DNA from: Deferribacterales bacterium
GTDB taxonomy: Bacteria; Chrysiogenota; Deferribacteres; Deferribacterales; Geovibrionaceae
NCBI GenBank assembly: GCA_050251875.1
Contig: JBFWMA010000004.1
Location: 160,001 to 224,000 of the forward strand
Reading direction: 5' to 3'
DNA: 64,000 nucleotides
The stretch's first letter is position 1. The number at the start of each line of letters is the position of its first letter. Shown piece by piece: positions 1 through 9,839 of this stretch. Made by a program: the position numbers and the translations under genes. Under the pieces are notes generated by a model, which was not told the origin of the DNA, searched no databases, and saw only the letters and a program-made list of their open reading frames with translations.

Positions 1-679
1 AATAGGGGTGGTCTTCCGGAAATTTTCCATACATACAGTGGTTTTCACCGCCGAAAAAGTGAAAGCGTATCCAGCCGGAATGTATCAGCCTGTCCGCCGT
101 CTGATAGTATGAGAGCGGCTGTGAGTCTTCGTTATAAGCCGCCATGGCGAAATAAGGATCGATAAAAAACCATTTCTTCCCGTCAAAAACCTCCACAGCG
201 TAGCTCGCCTCGTTTCTCACCATTCGTGTTTTCAGCCCGGAATACTGAGCCAGAACAGAGAATATTTCGGCGAAATCTTTTGAGCATCCGGATTTCTTCT
301 TAGCCGCCGCTATTTTATCGGCTATAGTCAGCCCGTCGCTGCATACGCCGTCTCCCATGTTGCTGAACATTTTGGTTATCAGAACCGCTCTTTCGAACGG
401 AGGCAGAGTGCTCAGACTGTCTATGTCGGAGTGTTTGATTCCTGTTTTGGAGAATATTTCCTCCATCCCCGCTTTTCTGACATCCTCCGGATCCGATTTG
501 AACCCGTAATCGTTCAGTATGGACGGCGGAAAAGTCATGAAACCCGAGTTGACCTTTTTCGAGTAAAATATCTCTTCGAAAACGGTGAGCATGGTGTCGT
601 TTTTAACAGAATAAACTACTGCTATGATGAGGATTATGTTCAGCATGAAGAGCGATGTGAAAAACTTTTCGGATTTCAT
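1..679 (-). CDS. Membrane-anchored transglutaminase-like domain protein (3' end runs off the window; missing from the ORF track)
   Basis: Manually translated open frame from ATG 679: MKSEKFFTSLFMLNIILIIAVVY (N-terminal TM), then GCSKDFAEIFSVLAQYSGLKTRMVRNEASYAVEVFDGKKWFFIDPY, the layout of a transglutaminase-like core; GGAG upstream. Confidence 0.7.
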   Translation of the reverse strand, partial: MKSEKFFTSLFMLNIILIIAVVYSVKNDTMLTVFEEIFYSKKVNSGFMTFPPSILNDYGFKSDPEDVRKAGMEEIFSKTGIKHSDIDSLSTLPPFERAVLITKMFSNMGDGVCSDGLTIADKIAAAKKKSGCSKDFAEIFSVLAQYSGLKTRMVRNEASYAVEVFDGKKWFFIDPYFAMAAYNEDSQPLSYYQTADRLIHSGWIRFHFFGGENHCMYGKFPEDHPY

Positions 680-817
680 AAAAACTCCGGAGAATGAATA
701 TAAAAACTATAATCCAGAACATATAGCATGGCAACTTATAATGATCCCCGTTATTTCAAAAATTATTTAAATCCGCATACTTTGTGAAAACACCGCTTAA
801 AAGTGGTATATTATCAT

Positions 818-2767
818 ATGGAAAAACCGCTGGAACAGGAACTGGCTCAGAGGCTGAAAAGAAACCTGTCAGAAAACGAAGAATGGCTGATTAAGCGCAT
901 ACTGAGCTATGCCAGACATCAGGGATACACCGTCTATCTTCCCGCTCTGGAGGAAGCATGGCGGAATTCCGTCCAGCTTCTGAACAAACCGATAATGGAC
1001 ACCCCCTCTGCCTATTTCGGCATACCCGAACTGCACCCGCACGCAGACTATTCCTCCGATCCATACGCCATTTACGGCGTTACGGAGGCGAGACGCTGCC
1101 GTGAAACGGGCATGAGCATCATCATGTTTATGGGGCTTTTCAAATATTACCGCCAGACATATGACGACCTGCTGATACACTTTGGTTTTTCCGCCGAAGA
1201 GACGGTGATGTGCCGCACTTTTCTGAAACGATATTTCGACCATGTGGAGCTGGGCTTCATTCAGGAATATCTGGGACAGGAGAGAGCGTCCGGGGCGGAT
1301 GAGCAGTCGGCTGTCACCAGAAGACTGTTCAGCGAAAAATCGCTGTACGCCACCGTTATAGAGACCATAGAAAAACCCATAATAGTCATGGACAAAGAGG
1401 GTGCGGTCATTTATATGAACGCCAGCGCCTCAGATTTTTTCGGAGGCGGATATCACCCGGGAACATATCTTTACGGACAGGAGAGACCGGATATTTCGCC
1501 GGAAATGGCGGAGGAGTTCAGCTCTTTTCTGCGTTCCGGCATGCGTTCCAGAGACTATGCATTCGTCTATGACAAAAAGATATACAGAATAGAGATTTAC
1601 CGTATGAAGGATATCTCCGGCAAGTTCGGCGGTGCCGCCGCCATGCTGAGCGATATCACGGATAAGAGGATAGCCCAGACGACTCTGGCGGAGAGCGAAT
1701 CTTTCAGGAGCGCCCTGATAGAGGGCATCTCAGGCGCCGCTGTGGTTCTGAATATGGAGAACGGCACCATAGAGGAATACAACAGAAAAGCGGTGGAGAT
1801 GTTCCCGTATCTGATAACGGGAGAGGCGGGCAAAGAACCGAGATTTTATGACGAAACAGGGCTGAACCCCGTGAACGTCTTCGAGCTGGCGGAGATGATA
1901 ACCACGAACGAAGAGCGGCTGGCGGAAACGTTCAGCGCCGGGATGATGCCCATCAGGGTTTTCAGCATCGAGGTGTGGTTTCAGAGCCAGCGGCATAAGC
2001 TGATTATCATGTTTGACATAACCCGTGAAAAGATGCTGGAGCGCAGGCTCGGCTTCATACAGCATCTGGAGACGGTGGGCGAGATAGCCCTCAGTCTGCC
2101 CGAGAGGATGGGGCAGGCGTCCAGAGAGATTCAGCATACGCTGGATGTCACGGTGAAGGCTCTGAAAGACTGCCCGAACGTCTGCGGACATTCCGCCGCC
2201 GACAGGCTGACCGGAGAGGTGGAGGGCGCTGTGGAATATATCAAGAGCCTGTCCGGAATTCTGGACGCTCTGGAATCCATCACCCAGAAAGACGCTCTGG
2301 AAAAACAGCAGGTGGACACCAACACTCTGGTGCGCAACTGCATACTGCTCACACAGGACAAATGGCAGCCTTACGCCGATATAGATATCAATCTTCAGCC
2401 GGGCGGAGCGCCTGTTAAGTGTTATCCGGACGAGATAGGTCAGATGGTGCTTAACCTGATACTGAACGCAGCCTATGCCGTCAGAAAAAAATCCGAGGCG
2501 AACAACAGAAAAGAACATATAAGCATCTCCACAAGATTCGCCAAAGACTTTATGGAGCTGAGGGTGGCAGACACCGGAATCGGCATCAAAAAGCAGGATT
2601 ATAAGAGAATATTCGACTCAGGATTCACCACAAAAGAGATCGGCAGAAGCACCGGACACGGGCTGGCGCTGGTTTATGACATAGTGGTGAACAGATATAA
2701 AGGCACTATAGAGTTCAAAAGTACGGAGGGACTCGGCACGGAGTTCACCGTCAGGATTCCCTTCTAA
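818..2767 (+). CDS. PAS-domain sensor histidine kinase-like protein with a degenerate H-box
   Basis: Two PAS-like segments; HATPase N (LNLILNA), G1 (DTGIGI), F (IFDSGFTTK) and G2 (TGHGL) boxes; start set at ATG 818 rather than GTG 803. Confidence 0.8.
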   Translation: MEKPLEQELAQRLKRNLSENEEWLIKRILSYARHQGYTVYLPALEEAWRNSVQLLNKPIMDTPSAYFGIPELHPHADYSSDPYAIYGVTEARRCRETGMSIIMFMGLFKYYRQTYDDLLIHFGFSAEETVMCRTFLKRYFDHVELGFIQEYLGQERASGADEQSAVTRRLFSEKSLYATVIETIEKPIIVMDKEGAVIYMNASASDFFGGGYHPGTYLYGQERPDISPEMAEEFSSFLRSGMRSRDYAFVYDKKIYRIEIYRMKDISGKFGGAAAMLSDITDKRIAQTTLAESESFRSALIEGISGAAVVLNMENGTIEEYNRKAVEMFPYLITGEAGKEPRFYDETGLNPVNVFELAEMITTNEERLAETFSAGMMPIRVFSIEVWFQSQRHKLIIMFDITREKMLERRLGFIQHLETVGEIALSLPERMGQASREIQHTLDVTVKALKDCPNVCGHSAADRLTGEVEGAVEYIKSLSGILDALESITQKDALEKQQVDTNTLVRNCILLTQDKWQPYADIDINLQPGGAPVKCYPDEIGQMVLNLILNAAYAVRKKSEANNRKEHISISTRFAKDFMELRVADTGIGIKKQDYKRIFDSGFTTKEIGRSTGHGLALVYDIVVNRYKGTIEFKSTEGLGTEFTVRIPF

Positions 2768-3681
2768 ACCCCCAGAACAAAAAGCCACAGAGTAAAAGTG
2801 AGCACGGACAGGAGCGTGGACAGGACTATGGAACTGCCCGCCAGTGACGGGTCGCCGTCCATTGTCGCCGCCAGAACATAGTTGACCGTTGCCGCCGGAG
2901 CGGACATCATTATGATGACGGTTTTCTCCGGTATGCCTATCTGTGTGCCGAGCGCCGTAAAGACGGCAAAAGCGGTGAGAGGCATTATAATCAGCTTAAG
3001 AACGGCGGAGAGAGACGCGCGGAACATGTCTCCCTTCAGCTTTTCTATGCTGATGGTGCCGCCCACGGAGAACAGAGCCAGAGGCAGAGTCACCCCGCTG
3101 ACGATATCCAGCGAACGGCTGAAAAAATCAGGAAAATGTATGCCCGACCATGATGTCAGAAGCCCCGCCACGCATGCCGCCGCCAGCGGGTTGAAGAGCG
3201 CCGTGCGGATGAGCGGTTTCAGGGATTTTCCGGCGTGGGAAGAGATGGCGAGAGCCACCACGGAGAGCAGGTTCGCGAGGGGAACGACAAAGGCCATCAG
3301 AACGCTGGCGGTTACCAGTCCCTCGTCTCCGAAAGCGTATGCGCTGACAGGCAGACCCATGTATGCGAAATTAGCCCGGAAGCTGTCTATGGCGAATGTC
3401 CCTGCCGAGTGTCCCAGCTTTAGCGGGCGGTTGAGCAGAAAAGAGACCAGAAAGATGACCATGATGGAAATATACATTACGCCCACATGAAGAGCGTTGA
3501 AAACTGAACTAAGATCAGCCAGAGATATCTTATAATACAGAAGCACCGGCAGGCAGAGGTTGAATATGAGCCTGTTTGCGGTGCGGATGAAAGCGTCGTC
3601 TATGAGCCCGGCTCTTTTAACGGCGTATCCGACAGCGAGAACAATAAAAACAGGAAGCACTATCTGTATAATTGTCAGCAT
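2764..3681 (-). CDS. AEC (auxin efflux carrier/malate permease) family transporter
   Basis: About 10 TM segments; motifs NFAYMGLPV, TLPLALFSVG, SAPAA. Confidence 0.85.
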   Translation of the reverse strand: MLTIIQIVLPVFIVLAVGYAVKRAGLIDDAFIRTANRLIFNLCLPVLLYYKISLADLSSVFNALHVGVMYISIMVIFLVSFLLNRPLKLGHSAGTFAIDSFRANFAYMGLPVSAYAFGDEGLVTASVLMAFVVPLANLLSVVALAISSHAGKSLKPLIRTALFNPLAAACVAGLLTSWSGIHFPDFFSRSLDIVSGVTLPLALFSVGGTISIEKLKGDMFRASLSAVLKLIIMPLTAFAVFTALGTQIGIPEKTVIIMMSAPAATVNYVLAATMDGDPSLAGSSIVLSTLLSVLTFTLWLFVLGV

Positions 3682-3772
3682 AATTGTATTATATGGACGA
3701 AATATTTAAAAGCAATACCGGGCGAAAAAAATATTTCTGGCAATAGAAAAACTTTTGGAGTATAACCTGCGT

Positions 3773-4033
3773 ATGAATATTAAGAAGTTCAATCAATATT
3801 TCGGCGGAAGATACATGCCTTACTGGTATGTGGCGTTTGCCCTGGTTATGGGCTGGTTTCTGCTGAACCTGTTTAATAACTCATCTGTTCAGAGATATGA
3901 ACTGACCGCTTATGACACCGATGGCAAGGTCATTGACAGCATGGAGGTTTCCGCTTCCACAATGAGCCAGCCGGAGAGTCTGCCCATTACGAAAGCCTAC
4001 AGACCGATCAAACCTGTCAAATTCCTGAAATAA
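3773..4033 (+). CDS. Small hypothetical single-TM protein (start uncertain: 3773 or 3815)
   Basis: Fills the gap before recJ; one hydrophobic stretch YWYVAFALVMGWFLLNLF. Confidence 0.55.
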   Translation: MNIKKFNQYFGGRYMPYWYVAFALVMGWFLLNLFNNSSVQRYELTAYDTDGKVIDSMEVSASTMSQPESLPITKAYRPIKPVKFLK

Positions 4034-4143
4034 TATTCTTTCCTTTTTGATGTTTACACGGCTGTTTTTCCTGAAATGTCTTGCAATAAAAACATTTTAG
4101 GATAATAATAACAGATTGTATCTAACAAATCGGGTTAAACATC

Positions 4144-5919
4144 ATGGCATCGGTCACATACAGGAGCCGAAAGTATAAATGGGTATACACCGGAGCGGAT
4201 AAAGCGCTGGTAGACGAACTTAGATCAGCATATCCTATTGCTGGATGTGTGGCTGAGGTATTGCTCAACAGAGGCATCCGTGACAGAGCCGCCCTTGAAT
4301 CCTATCTGGACACACCCCTGACGGGGCTCACTTCCCCCTTTCTTATCAAAGACATGGACAGAGCGGCAGACTGCATAGCGCAGGCTCTGGCAAACAATGA
4401 AAAGATATGTGTTTATGGCGATTATGATGTGGACGGGGTCACTTCCGTGGCGCTGATGTATCATTTTCTCAGTGAAGTGGGGGCGGATGTCAGCTATTAC
4501 ATCCCCAACAGGCTGGAGGAAGGATACGGGCTGAATACCGCCGCCATAGACGAAATAAAGGCGGGCGGGGCGAAACTGATAATCACCGTGGACTGCGGGA
4601 TTAACGCTGTGGACGAGGTGGCACACGCCGGAAACATCGGGCTGAAAGTCATAGTGACAGATCACCATCAGCCGTCCGAACAGATACCCACTGCGGCTTG
4701 CGCTGTGGTGAATCCCATGAGAGAGGACGACACCAGCCAGTTCAAATGTCTGTCCGGTGTGGGGGTCGCCTTTAAGGTTGTCATGGCTCTCCGCTCGAGA
4801 ATGAACGAGCTGGGCAGGTTTAAGGCGAAGACGCCGAATATAAAAAAATATCTCGATCTGGTGACGCTGGGAACAGTGGCGGACGTTGTGCCGCTCACCG
4901 GAGAGAACAGGATAATAGTGCGACACGGGCTGGAGATTCTCTCCGGGCGTGACTGCCGGGCAGGGCTCAAGGAGCTGAAGCGTGTTGCCGGGGTGGACGG
5001 AAGCAAGGTAACCACAACCCATGTTGGGTTCGGTCTGGCGCCCAGGATAAACGCCGTGGGCAGGCTTGGCAACTCGGACAAGGGGCTTAGGCTTCTGGTT
5101 ACCAGCGACAGGGCGCAGGCGAGATATCTGGCGGACGAGCTGGACAGAGAGAACAAAGACAGACAGGATATAGAAAAAGAGATAATCGAGGAGTCCTTCG
5201 CCAGAGTGGAGAAGAACAGGCTTCACGAGAAATATAAAGGTCTGGTGCTCTACTCCAAGGAGTGGCATCAGGGCGTCATAGGCATTGTGGCGTCCAGACT
5301 GGTGGAAAAATATCATATGCCCGCCATCGTCCTGACATTCGATGACGGAGTGGGCAAGGGATCAGGGCGGAGCATACCGTCATTTGATCTGTATAAGGGG
5401 CTTGAACAGCTTCAGGATATTCTGCTCTCTTTCGGCGGGCATAAATACGCCGCAGGGCTGAAAATATCCGAGGAACATATATCCAGCCTCCAGAAGAGGT
5501 TTCATAAGGCAGTGGACGAACTGCTCAGCCCGGAGGATTTCGTGGCGGAGCTGAGGATAGACGCCTTTATAGAGCCTGAGGATATCAATCAGGACTTCAC
5601 CCGCTGGCTGGAAAAGATGGAGCCTTACGGATCGGGCAACAGCGAGCCCGTTTTCTGTATGAAAAACGTGCGGAAATATCAGCCGGAGACTTTTGTGGGG
5701 CGTGACAGTATGCACCTGAAGATGTTTCTGGAAAAAAACGGAAAAACATTCGACTGTATCGGATACAATATGAAGAGCTACGAGAGCGTTGTCAGCTCAT
5801 CCGACAATTTCGACATAGTATTCACCCCGTCCGTGACGGGATATTATAACGGGAAATTTATGCAGTTTGTACTGAAAGACATTAAACAGGCGGAGGAACC
5901 ATGGCAAGAGAACGCGTGA
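4144..5919 (+). CDS. recJ: Single-stranded-DNA-specific exonuclease RecJ
   Basis: YGDYDVDG, TVDCG, TDHH (DHH), GTVADVVPL, APRINAVGR, GGHKYAAG motifs. Confidence 0.97.
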   Translation: MASVTYRSRKYKWVYTGADKALVDELRSAYPIAGCVAEVLLNRGIRDRAALESYLDTPLTGLTSPFLIKDMDRAADCIAQALANNEKICVYGDYDVDGVTSVALMYHFLSEVGADVSYYIPNRLEEGYGLNTAAIDEIKAGGAKLIITVDCGINAVDEVAHAGNIGLKVIVTDHHQPSEQIPTAACAVVNPMREDDTSQFKCLSGVGVAFKVVMALRSRMNELGRFKAKTPNIKKYLDLVTLGTVADVVPLTGENRIIVRHGLEILSGRDCRAGLKELKRVAGVDGSKVTTTHVGFGLAPRINAVGRLGNSDKGLRLLVTSDRAQARYLADELDRENKDRQDIEKEIIEESFARVEKNRLHEKYKGLVLYSKEWHQGVIGIVASRLVEKYHMPAIVLTFDDGVGKGSGRSIPSFDLYKGLEQLQDILLSFGGHKYAAGLKISEEHISSLQKRFHKAVDELLSPEDFVAELRIDAFIEPEDINQDFTRWLEKMEPYGSGNSEPVFCMKNVRKYQPETFVGRDSMHLKMFLEKNGKTFDCIGYNMKSYESVVSSSDNFDIVFTPSVTGYYNGKFMQFVLKDIKQAEEPWQENA

Positions 5920-8066
5920 TCCGTCTGATGGACATCCAGGATAAAATGAACGCAAACGGCATACGGGAGGGATTCGACCGTGTGCATAAGGCATATATAT
6001 ACGCTGCCCAGAAACATAGAGGACAGCTGAGAAAGAGCGGTGAGCCCTATCTGAGTCACCCTCTGAACGTTGCCTATATCCTCGCCCAGATGAACATGGA
6101 TGCTGATACCGTTATAGGCGGTCTGCTCCACGACACCATAGAGGATACGGACGCCACATTCGAGGAGATCAAAGATCTGTTCGGTGAAGAGGTCGCTTTC
6201 ATCGTTGAGGGCGTGTCCAAGATAGGCAAAATAATTTTTAAATCGGCCGAGGAGAAACAGGCGGAAAACTTCCGCAAAATGCTGATCTCCATGTCCAAAG
6301 ACGTGAGGGTCATTATCATAAAACTAGCCGACAGGCTTCATAATATGCGTACTCTGGATTATCTGCCTGATGAGAAGAAACAGCGCATAGCCAGAGAAAC
6401 GATGGATATATACGCCCCCATGGCGCACAGACTCGGTATCGCCTGGATCAAGTGGGAGCTGGAGGACATGTGCTTCCGCATACTGAATCCTGACGCTTAC
6501 TATGAGATATACGAAAAGGTTAAGCTGAAAAGGGGCGAGCGTGAGCAGTATCTGGCGGATATCAGGGAACAGACCATATCCGAGCTGGCGAAACACGGCA
6601 TCAAGGCGTCTGTCACAGGGCGTCCGAAGCATTTCTACTCCATCTATAACAAGATGGTGAAGAAGAAAGTCAGCTTCGAGGAGATATACGATCTTCTGGC
6701 GCTCCGTGTGCTGGTGGACGATATTCCGGCGTGCTATGCCGTGATGGGTATCCTTCACAACGTATGGAAACCTATCCAGCACAGGTTCAAGGACTATATC
6801 GCCATGCAGAAGGCGAACATGTATCAGTCTCTGCACACCACCATCATAGGACCCAAAGGTATCACGGTGGAGTTCCAGATCAGAACCCACGAGATGCACA
6901 AGGTGGCGGAAGAGGGGATCGCCGCCCACTGGAAATATAAAGAGGGCAAGGTGTTCGATCCGCAGGAGGACAAGGCCTTTACATGGCTTCGTCAGCTTCT
7001 GGAACAGCACGAACTGCACAGTCCCGAAGACCTCGTGGAGGCTCTGAAGGAAGATGTTCTGCCCACTCAGATATACGTTTTCACGCCGAAAGGCGATGTT
7101 ATGGAACTGCCCATCGGCTCAACCCCCGTGGATTTCGCCTACAACATCCACACGGATGTGGGCAACAAATGCAAGGGAGCGAAGGTTGACGGGCGCATAG
7201 TGCCTCTGAAATACAAGCTCAGAAACGGCGACAGAGTGTCCATCATTCTGGGCGAGCCGGCAAGACCCAGCCGGGACTGGCTGAATTTCGTCAAAACCAG
7301 CAGAGCGAAAAACCGTATCAGAGCCGCCCTGCGCAAAATAGACACGGAGATGGGTCAGACTGTGGGCTTTGAGCTATTGGAGAAGGAATTTTCCGCCAAC
7401 GGGCTTGAGGTTCGCGAGATATTCAATAAGAGCGAGAATATCAAAAAGATGCTGGAGCGCTTTAAGCTGAGAGATGAGGAGGATATCCTCATATCCGTGG
7501 GCTTCGGACGGATATCGCCCAAACAGGTGGCGCATATCTTCACCGAGCCGCAGCAGCAGCACGGACCGAAGCTGGAAGATCTGCAAAAAGCTCCTGATAA
7601 GAACAGAGACAGAAAGAAATCCAACACACCCTTCATAATAGAAGGCATAGATGACGTGATGGTGAAGATAGCGAAATGCTGTTCACCTCTGCCCGGGGAC
7701 AAGGTGGTGGGATACATCAGCCGTGGACGGGGTATCGTTGTACACAGAGTCGACTGCGAAAACCTGAAGAACTCCGCTTTCAGCGAAGAGCGTCTGGTAG
7801 AGGTGGAGTGGGACGACAGAAAGAGCTACAAGATGCCTGTGCGCATCCATACATCCATCGTGGACAAACCCGGCGTGCTCAGCGCCCTTACCACTGTTCT
7901 GAAAGAGATGGGGCTGAACATTCTGGAACTGTCATCGAAAAGGGACAAGGACGGAATGTCGTCTCAGGATTTCAGCATAGAGGTAAAGAACAAGAGCGAG
8001 CTGGAGAGCGTCATCCGCAAGATCCGCACAATAGACGGTCTGAGAGACGTGAACACATCCACCTAA
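5901..8066 (+). CDS. relA: Bifunctional (p)ppGpp synthetase/hydrolase (long RSH, Rel)
   Basis: Intact HD (LLHDTIEDT), RPKH, RFKDY, YQSLH, EFQIRT; TGS, CC and ACT domains. Confidence 0.96.
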   Translation: MARERVIRLMDIQDKMNANGIREGFDRVHKAYIYAAQKHRGQLRKSGEPYLSHPLNVAYILAQMNMDADTVIGGLLHDTIEDTDATFEEIKDLFGEEVAFIVEGVSKIGKIIFKSAEEKQAENFRKMLISMSKDVRVIIIKLADRLHNMRTLDYLPDEKKQRIARETMDIYAPMAHRLGIAWIKWELEDMCFRILNPDAYYEIYEKVKLKRGEREQYLADIREQTISELAKHGIKASVTGRPKHFYSIYNKMVKKKVSFEEIYDLLALRVLVDDIPACYAVMGILHNVWKPIQHRFKDYIAMQKANMYQSLHTTIIGPKGITVEFQIRTHEMHKVAEEGIAAHWKYKEGKVFDPQEDKAFTWLRQLLEQHELHSPEDLVEALKEDVLPTQIYVFTPKGDVMELPIGSTPVDFAYNIHTDVGNKCKGAKVDGRIVPLKYKLRNGDRVSIILGEPARPSRDWLNFVKTSRAKNRIRAALRKIDTEMGQTVGFELLEKEFSANGLEVREIFNKSENIKKMLERFKLRDEEDILISVGFGRISPKQVAHIFTEPQQQHGPKLEDLQKAPDKNRDRKKSNTPFIIEGIDDVMVKIAKCCSPLPGDKVVGYISRGRGIVVHRVDCENLKNSAFSEERLVEVEWDDRKSYKMPVRIHTSIVDKPGVLSALTTVLKEMGLNILELSSKRDKDGMSSQDFSIEVKNKSELESVIRKIRTIDGLRDVNTST

Positions 8067-8809
8067 TACATCAGGCAGGGTATTCCGTTCATCGTGCCTA
8101 TCTTTACGGGCATGTCGTATACCTCTGACAGCAGAGGTTCGTCAAGGCTCTGCGCCTGGGTGAACGCCCGCAGTCTGCCCTCTTTCATCACCAGAATATC
8201 GTCAGCGTATCTGACCGCCAGATTCAGGTCATGCAGAACAATAATGCTGGTTAGCTTATTCTCATATGTGATGCCGGCTGTCAGTTCCATTATTTCCATA
8301 CGGTTCTTTATATCCAGATGGTTCACCGGCTCGTCCATCAGCAGAATGGGTGATCCCTGCGCCACGGCTCTGGCTATGTGCGTTTTTTGCAGTTCACCGC
8401 CGGATATCTTTGTAACACATTCATCTTTCATCTCCGACAGGCGGAACTGATCCATGATGCTGTCAGTGATTTTATGATCGTTTACGGACGGGTAGAAGCT
8501 CATGTGGGGTTTGCGCCCCAGAAGCACTGCATCACGCACGGAGCACGGCACAGCGCCCGATGTCTGGGGCAGATAGGCGATGTTTTTCGCCCGGAGGGAG
8601 CTGCTCATGGAGCTGATGTCCTGCCCGGATACGCTCACCTGTCCGCTCCTCTGTCTCAGCACTCCAGCCAATATCTTCAGCAGGGTGGATTTGCCCGCCC
8701 CGTTCGGTCCTATCACGGCGCATATTCTGCCCGGTTCTGCCCGGAATGATATGCCGCTTAATATTTTCTTATTTCTCACGCTGTAGGAGATATCTGAAGC
8801 CTCAATCAT
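8063..8809 (-). CDS. Metal-chelate (FecE/BtuD-type) ABC transporter ATP-binding protein
   Basis: Walker A GPNGAGKS, ISGGE signature, LLMDEP, LHDLNLA. Confidence 0.92.
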   Translation of the reverse strand: MIEASDISYSVRNKKILSGISFRAEPGRICAVIGPNGAGKSTLLKILAGVLRQRSGQVSVSGQDISSMSSSLRAKNIAYLPQTSGAVPCSVRDAVLLGRKPHMSFYPSVNDHKITDSIMDQFRLSEMKDECVTKISGGELQKTHIARAVAQGSPILLMDEPVNHLDIKNRMEIMELTAGITYENKLTSIIVLHDLNLAVRYADDILVMKEGRLRAFTQAQSLDEPLLSEVYDMPVKIGTMNGIPCLMY

Positions 8810-9839
8810 TTTTCACGGACCTCCGTATCAAAAGGTACAGAAACAGCGGAACACCGGCGAAGGATGTCAGCACGCCCACCGGAAGAACCAGAGGCGCCGC
8901 CGCCTTCTGCGCCAGAATGTCCGCCCCCAGCAGAAAAACTCCGCCGGTAACGGCAGACGCCGTAATCAGAAAGACGTGTCCCGTGTGCCTGAATATCAGG
9001 CGCACCGTATGTGGGGCTATGAGCCCGACAAAACCGATGACGCCGTAAAAAGCCGTGGCGAACGCCGCCATGACGGATGTGACTATTATGGTGTAAATTC
9101 TTATCTTTTTTACGGAAACACCCAGCCCCGCCGCATATAGATCACCCCATATGATGGCATTATAATCCCAGCTGTAGCGCAGAACGGCGAGCGTGCCGAG
9201 AGCTGTGACGGACAGCACCGTCAGCGCCTCCCGCCAGCCTCCCTTGCCTATGTCGCCGAACGTCCAGAAGAGGGACGCCGCCACCTGCGTATCTGTAGCG
9301 AAAAACTGCAAAAGCATTGTGCATGCGCCGAAAAAAGCGGACACGGCGACTCCCGCCAATATCAGCCCCTGCGGCGTCATGCCCCGCACAAAAGAGAATC
9401 CCATTATAACCGCCGCCGCCGTGAGCGACCCGAGAAAGGCGCACAGAGCCGCCGCCGATATGCTGGATATCATCACGCCGGAGCCCGTGTTGCCTATCAT
9501 CCCCGCTCCCAGAAGCGTGATGGCAAATGTAACGCCGAAAGCCGCTCCCTGTGACAGCCCCAGTGTGAAGGGGGACGCCAGGGCGTTCTTCAGAACGGTC
9601 TGCAAAACGGCTCCGCAGACCGCGAGACAGGCTCCCACGGAGAATGCCGCGACTATTCGGGGCAGACGCAGGTATCTGATGAAATACGTCAGATCGGCGT
9701 CCTCTCCGCTTCCGAAGAATGCATAGGCGGTCTCAATCCAGCTCTTCTGCTCCGCGCCGTTTTTTACTCCGGCGAGAACGAGCAGAAACAGTAAAAATGT
9801 TGAGAGACCGAAAAATATCAGCGCTTTACTTTTTCTCAA
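8802..9839 (-). CDS. FecCD-family ABC permease
   Basis: LRLPRI, NALASPFTLG, IGFVGLIAPH, LPVGVLTS motifs. Confidence 0.93.
   Translation of the reverse strand: MRKSKALIFFGLSTFLLFLLVLAGVKNGAEQKSWIETAYAFFGSGEDADLTYFIRYLRLPRIVAAFSVGACLAVCGAVLQTVLKNALASPFTLGLSQGAAFGVTFAITLLGAGMIGNTGSGVMISSISAAALCAFLGSLTAAAVIMGFSFVRGMTPQGLILAGVAVSAFFGACTMLLQFFATDTQVAASLFWTFGDIGKGGWREALTVLSVTALGTLAVLRYSWDYNAIIWGDLYAAGLGVSVKKIRIYTIIVTSVMAAFATAFYGVIGFVGLIAPHTVRLIFRHTGHVFLITASAVTGGVFLLGADILAQKAAAPLVLPVGVLTSFAGVPLFLYLLIRRSVKND

Noticed and set aside
431..697. 88-aa plus-strand ORF
   Set aside because: Antisense shadow of the longer minus-strand gene (679 to the window edge), which has recognisable motifs.
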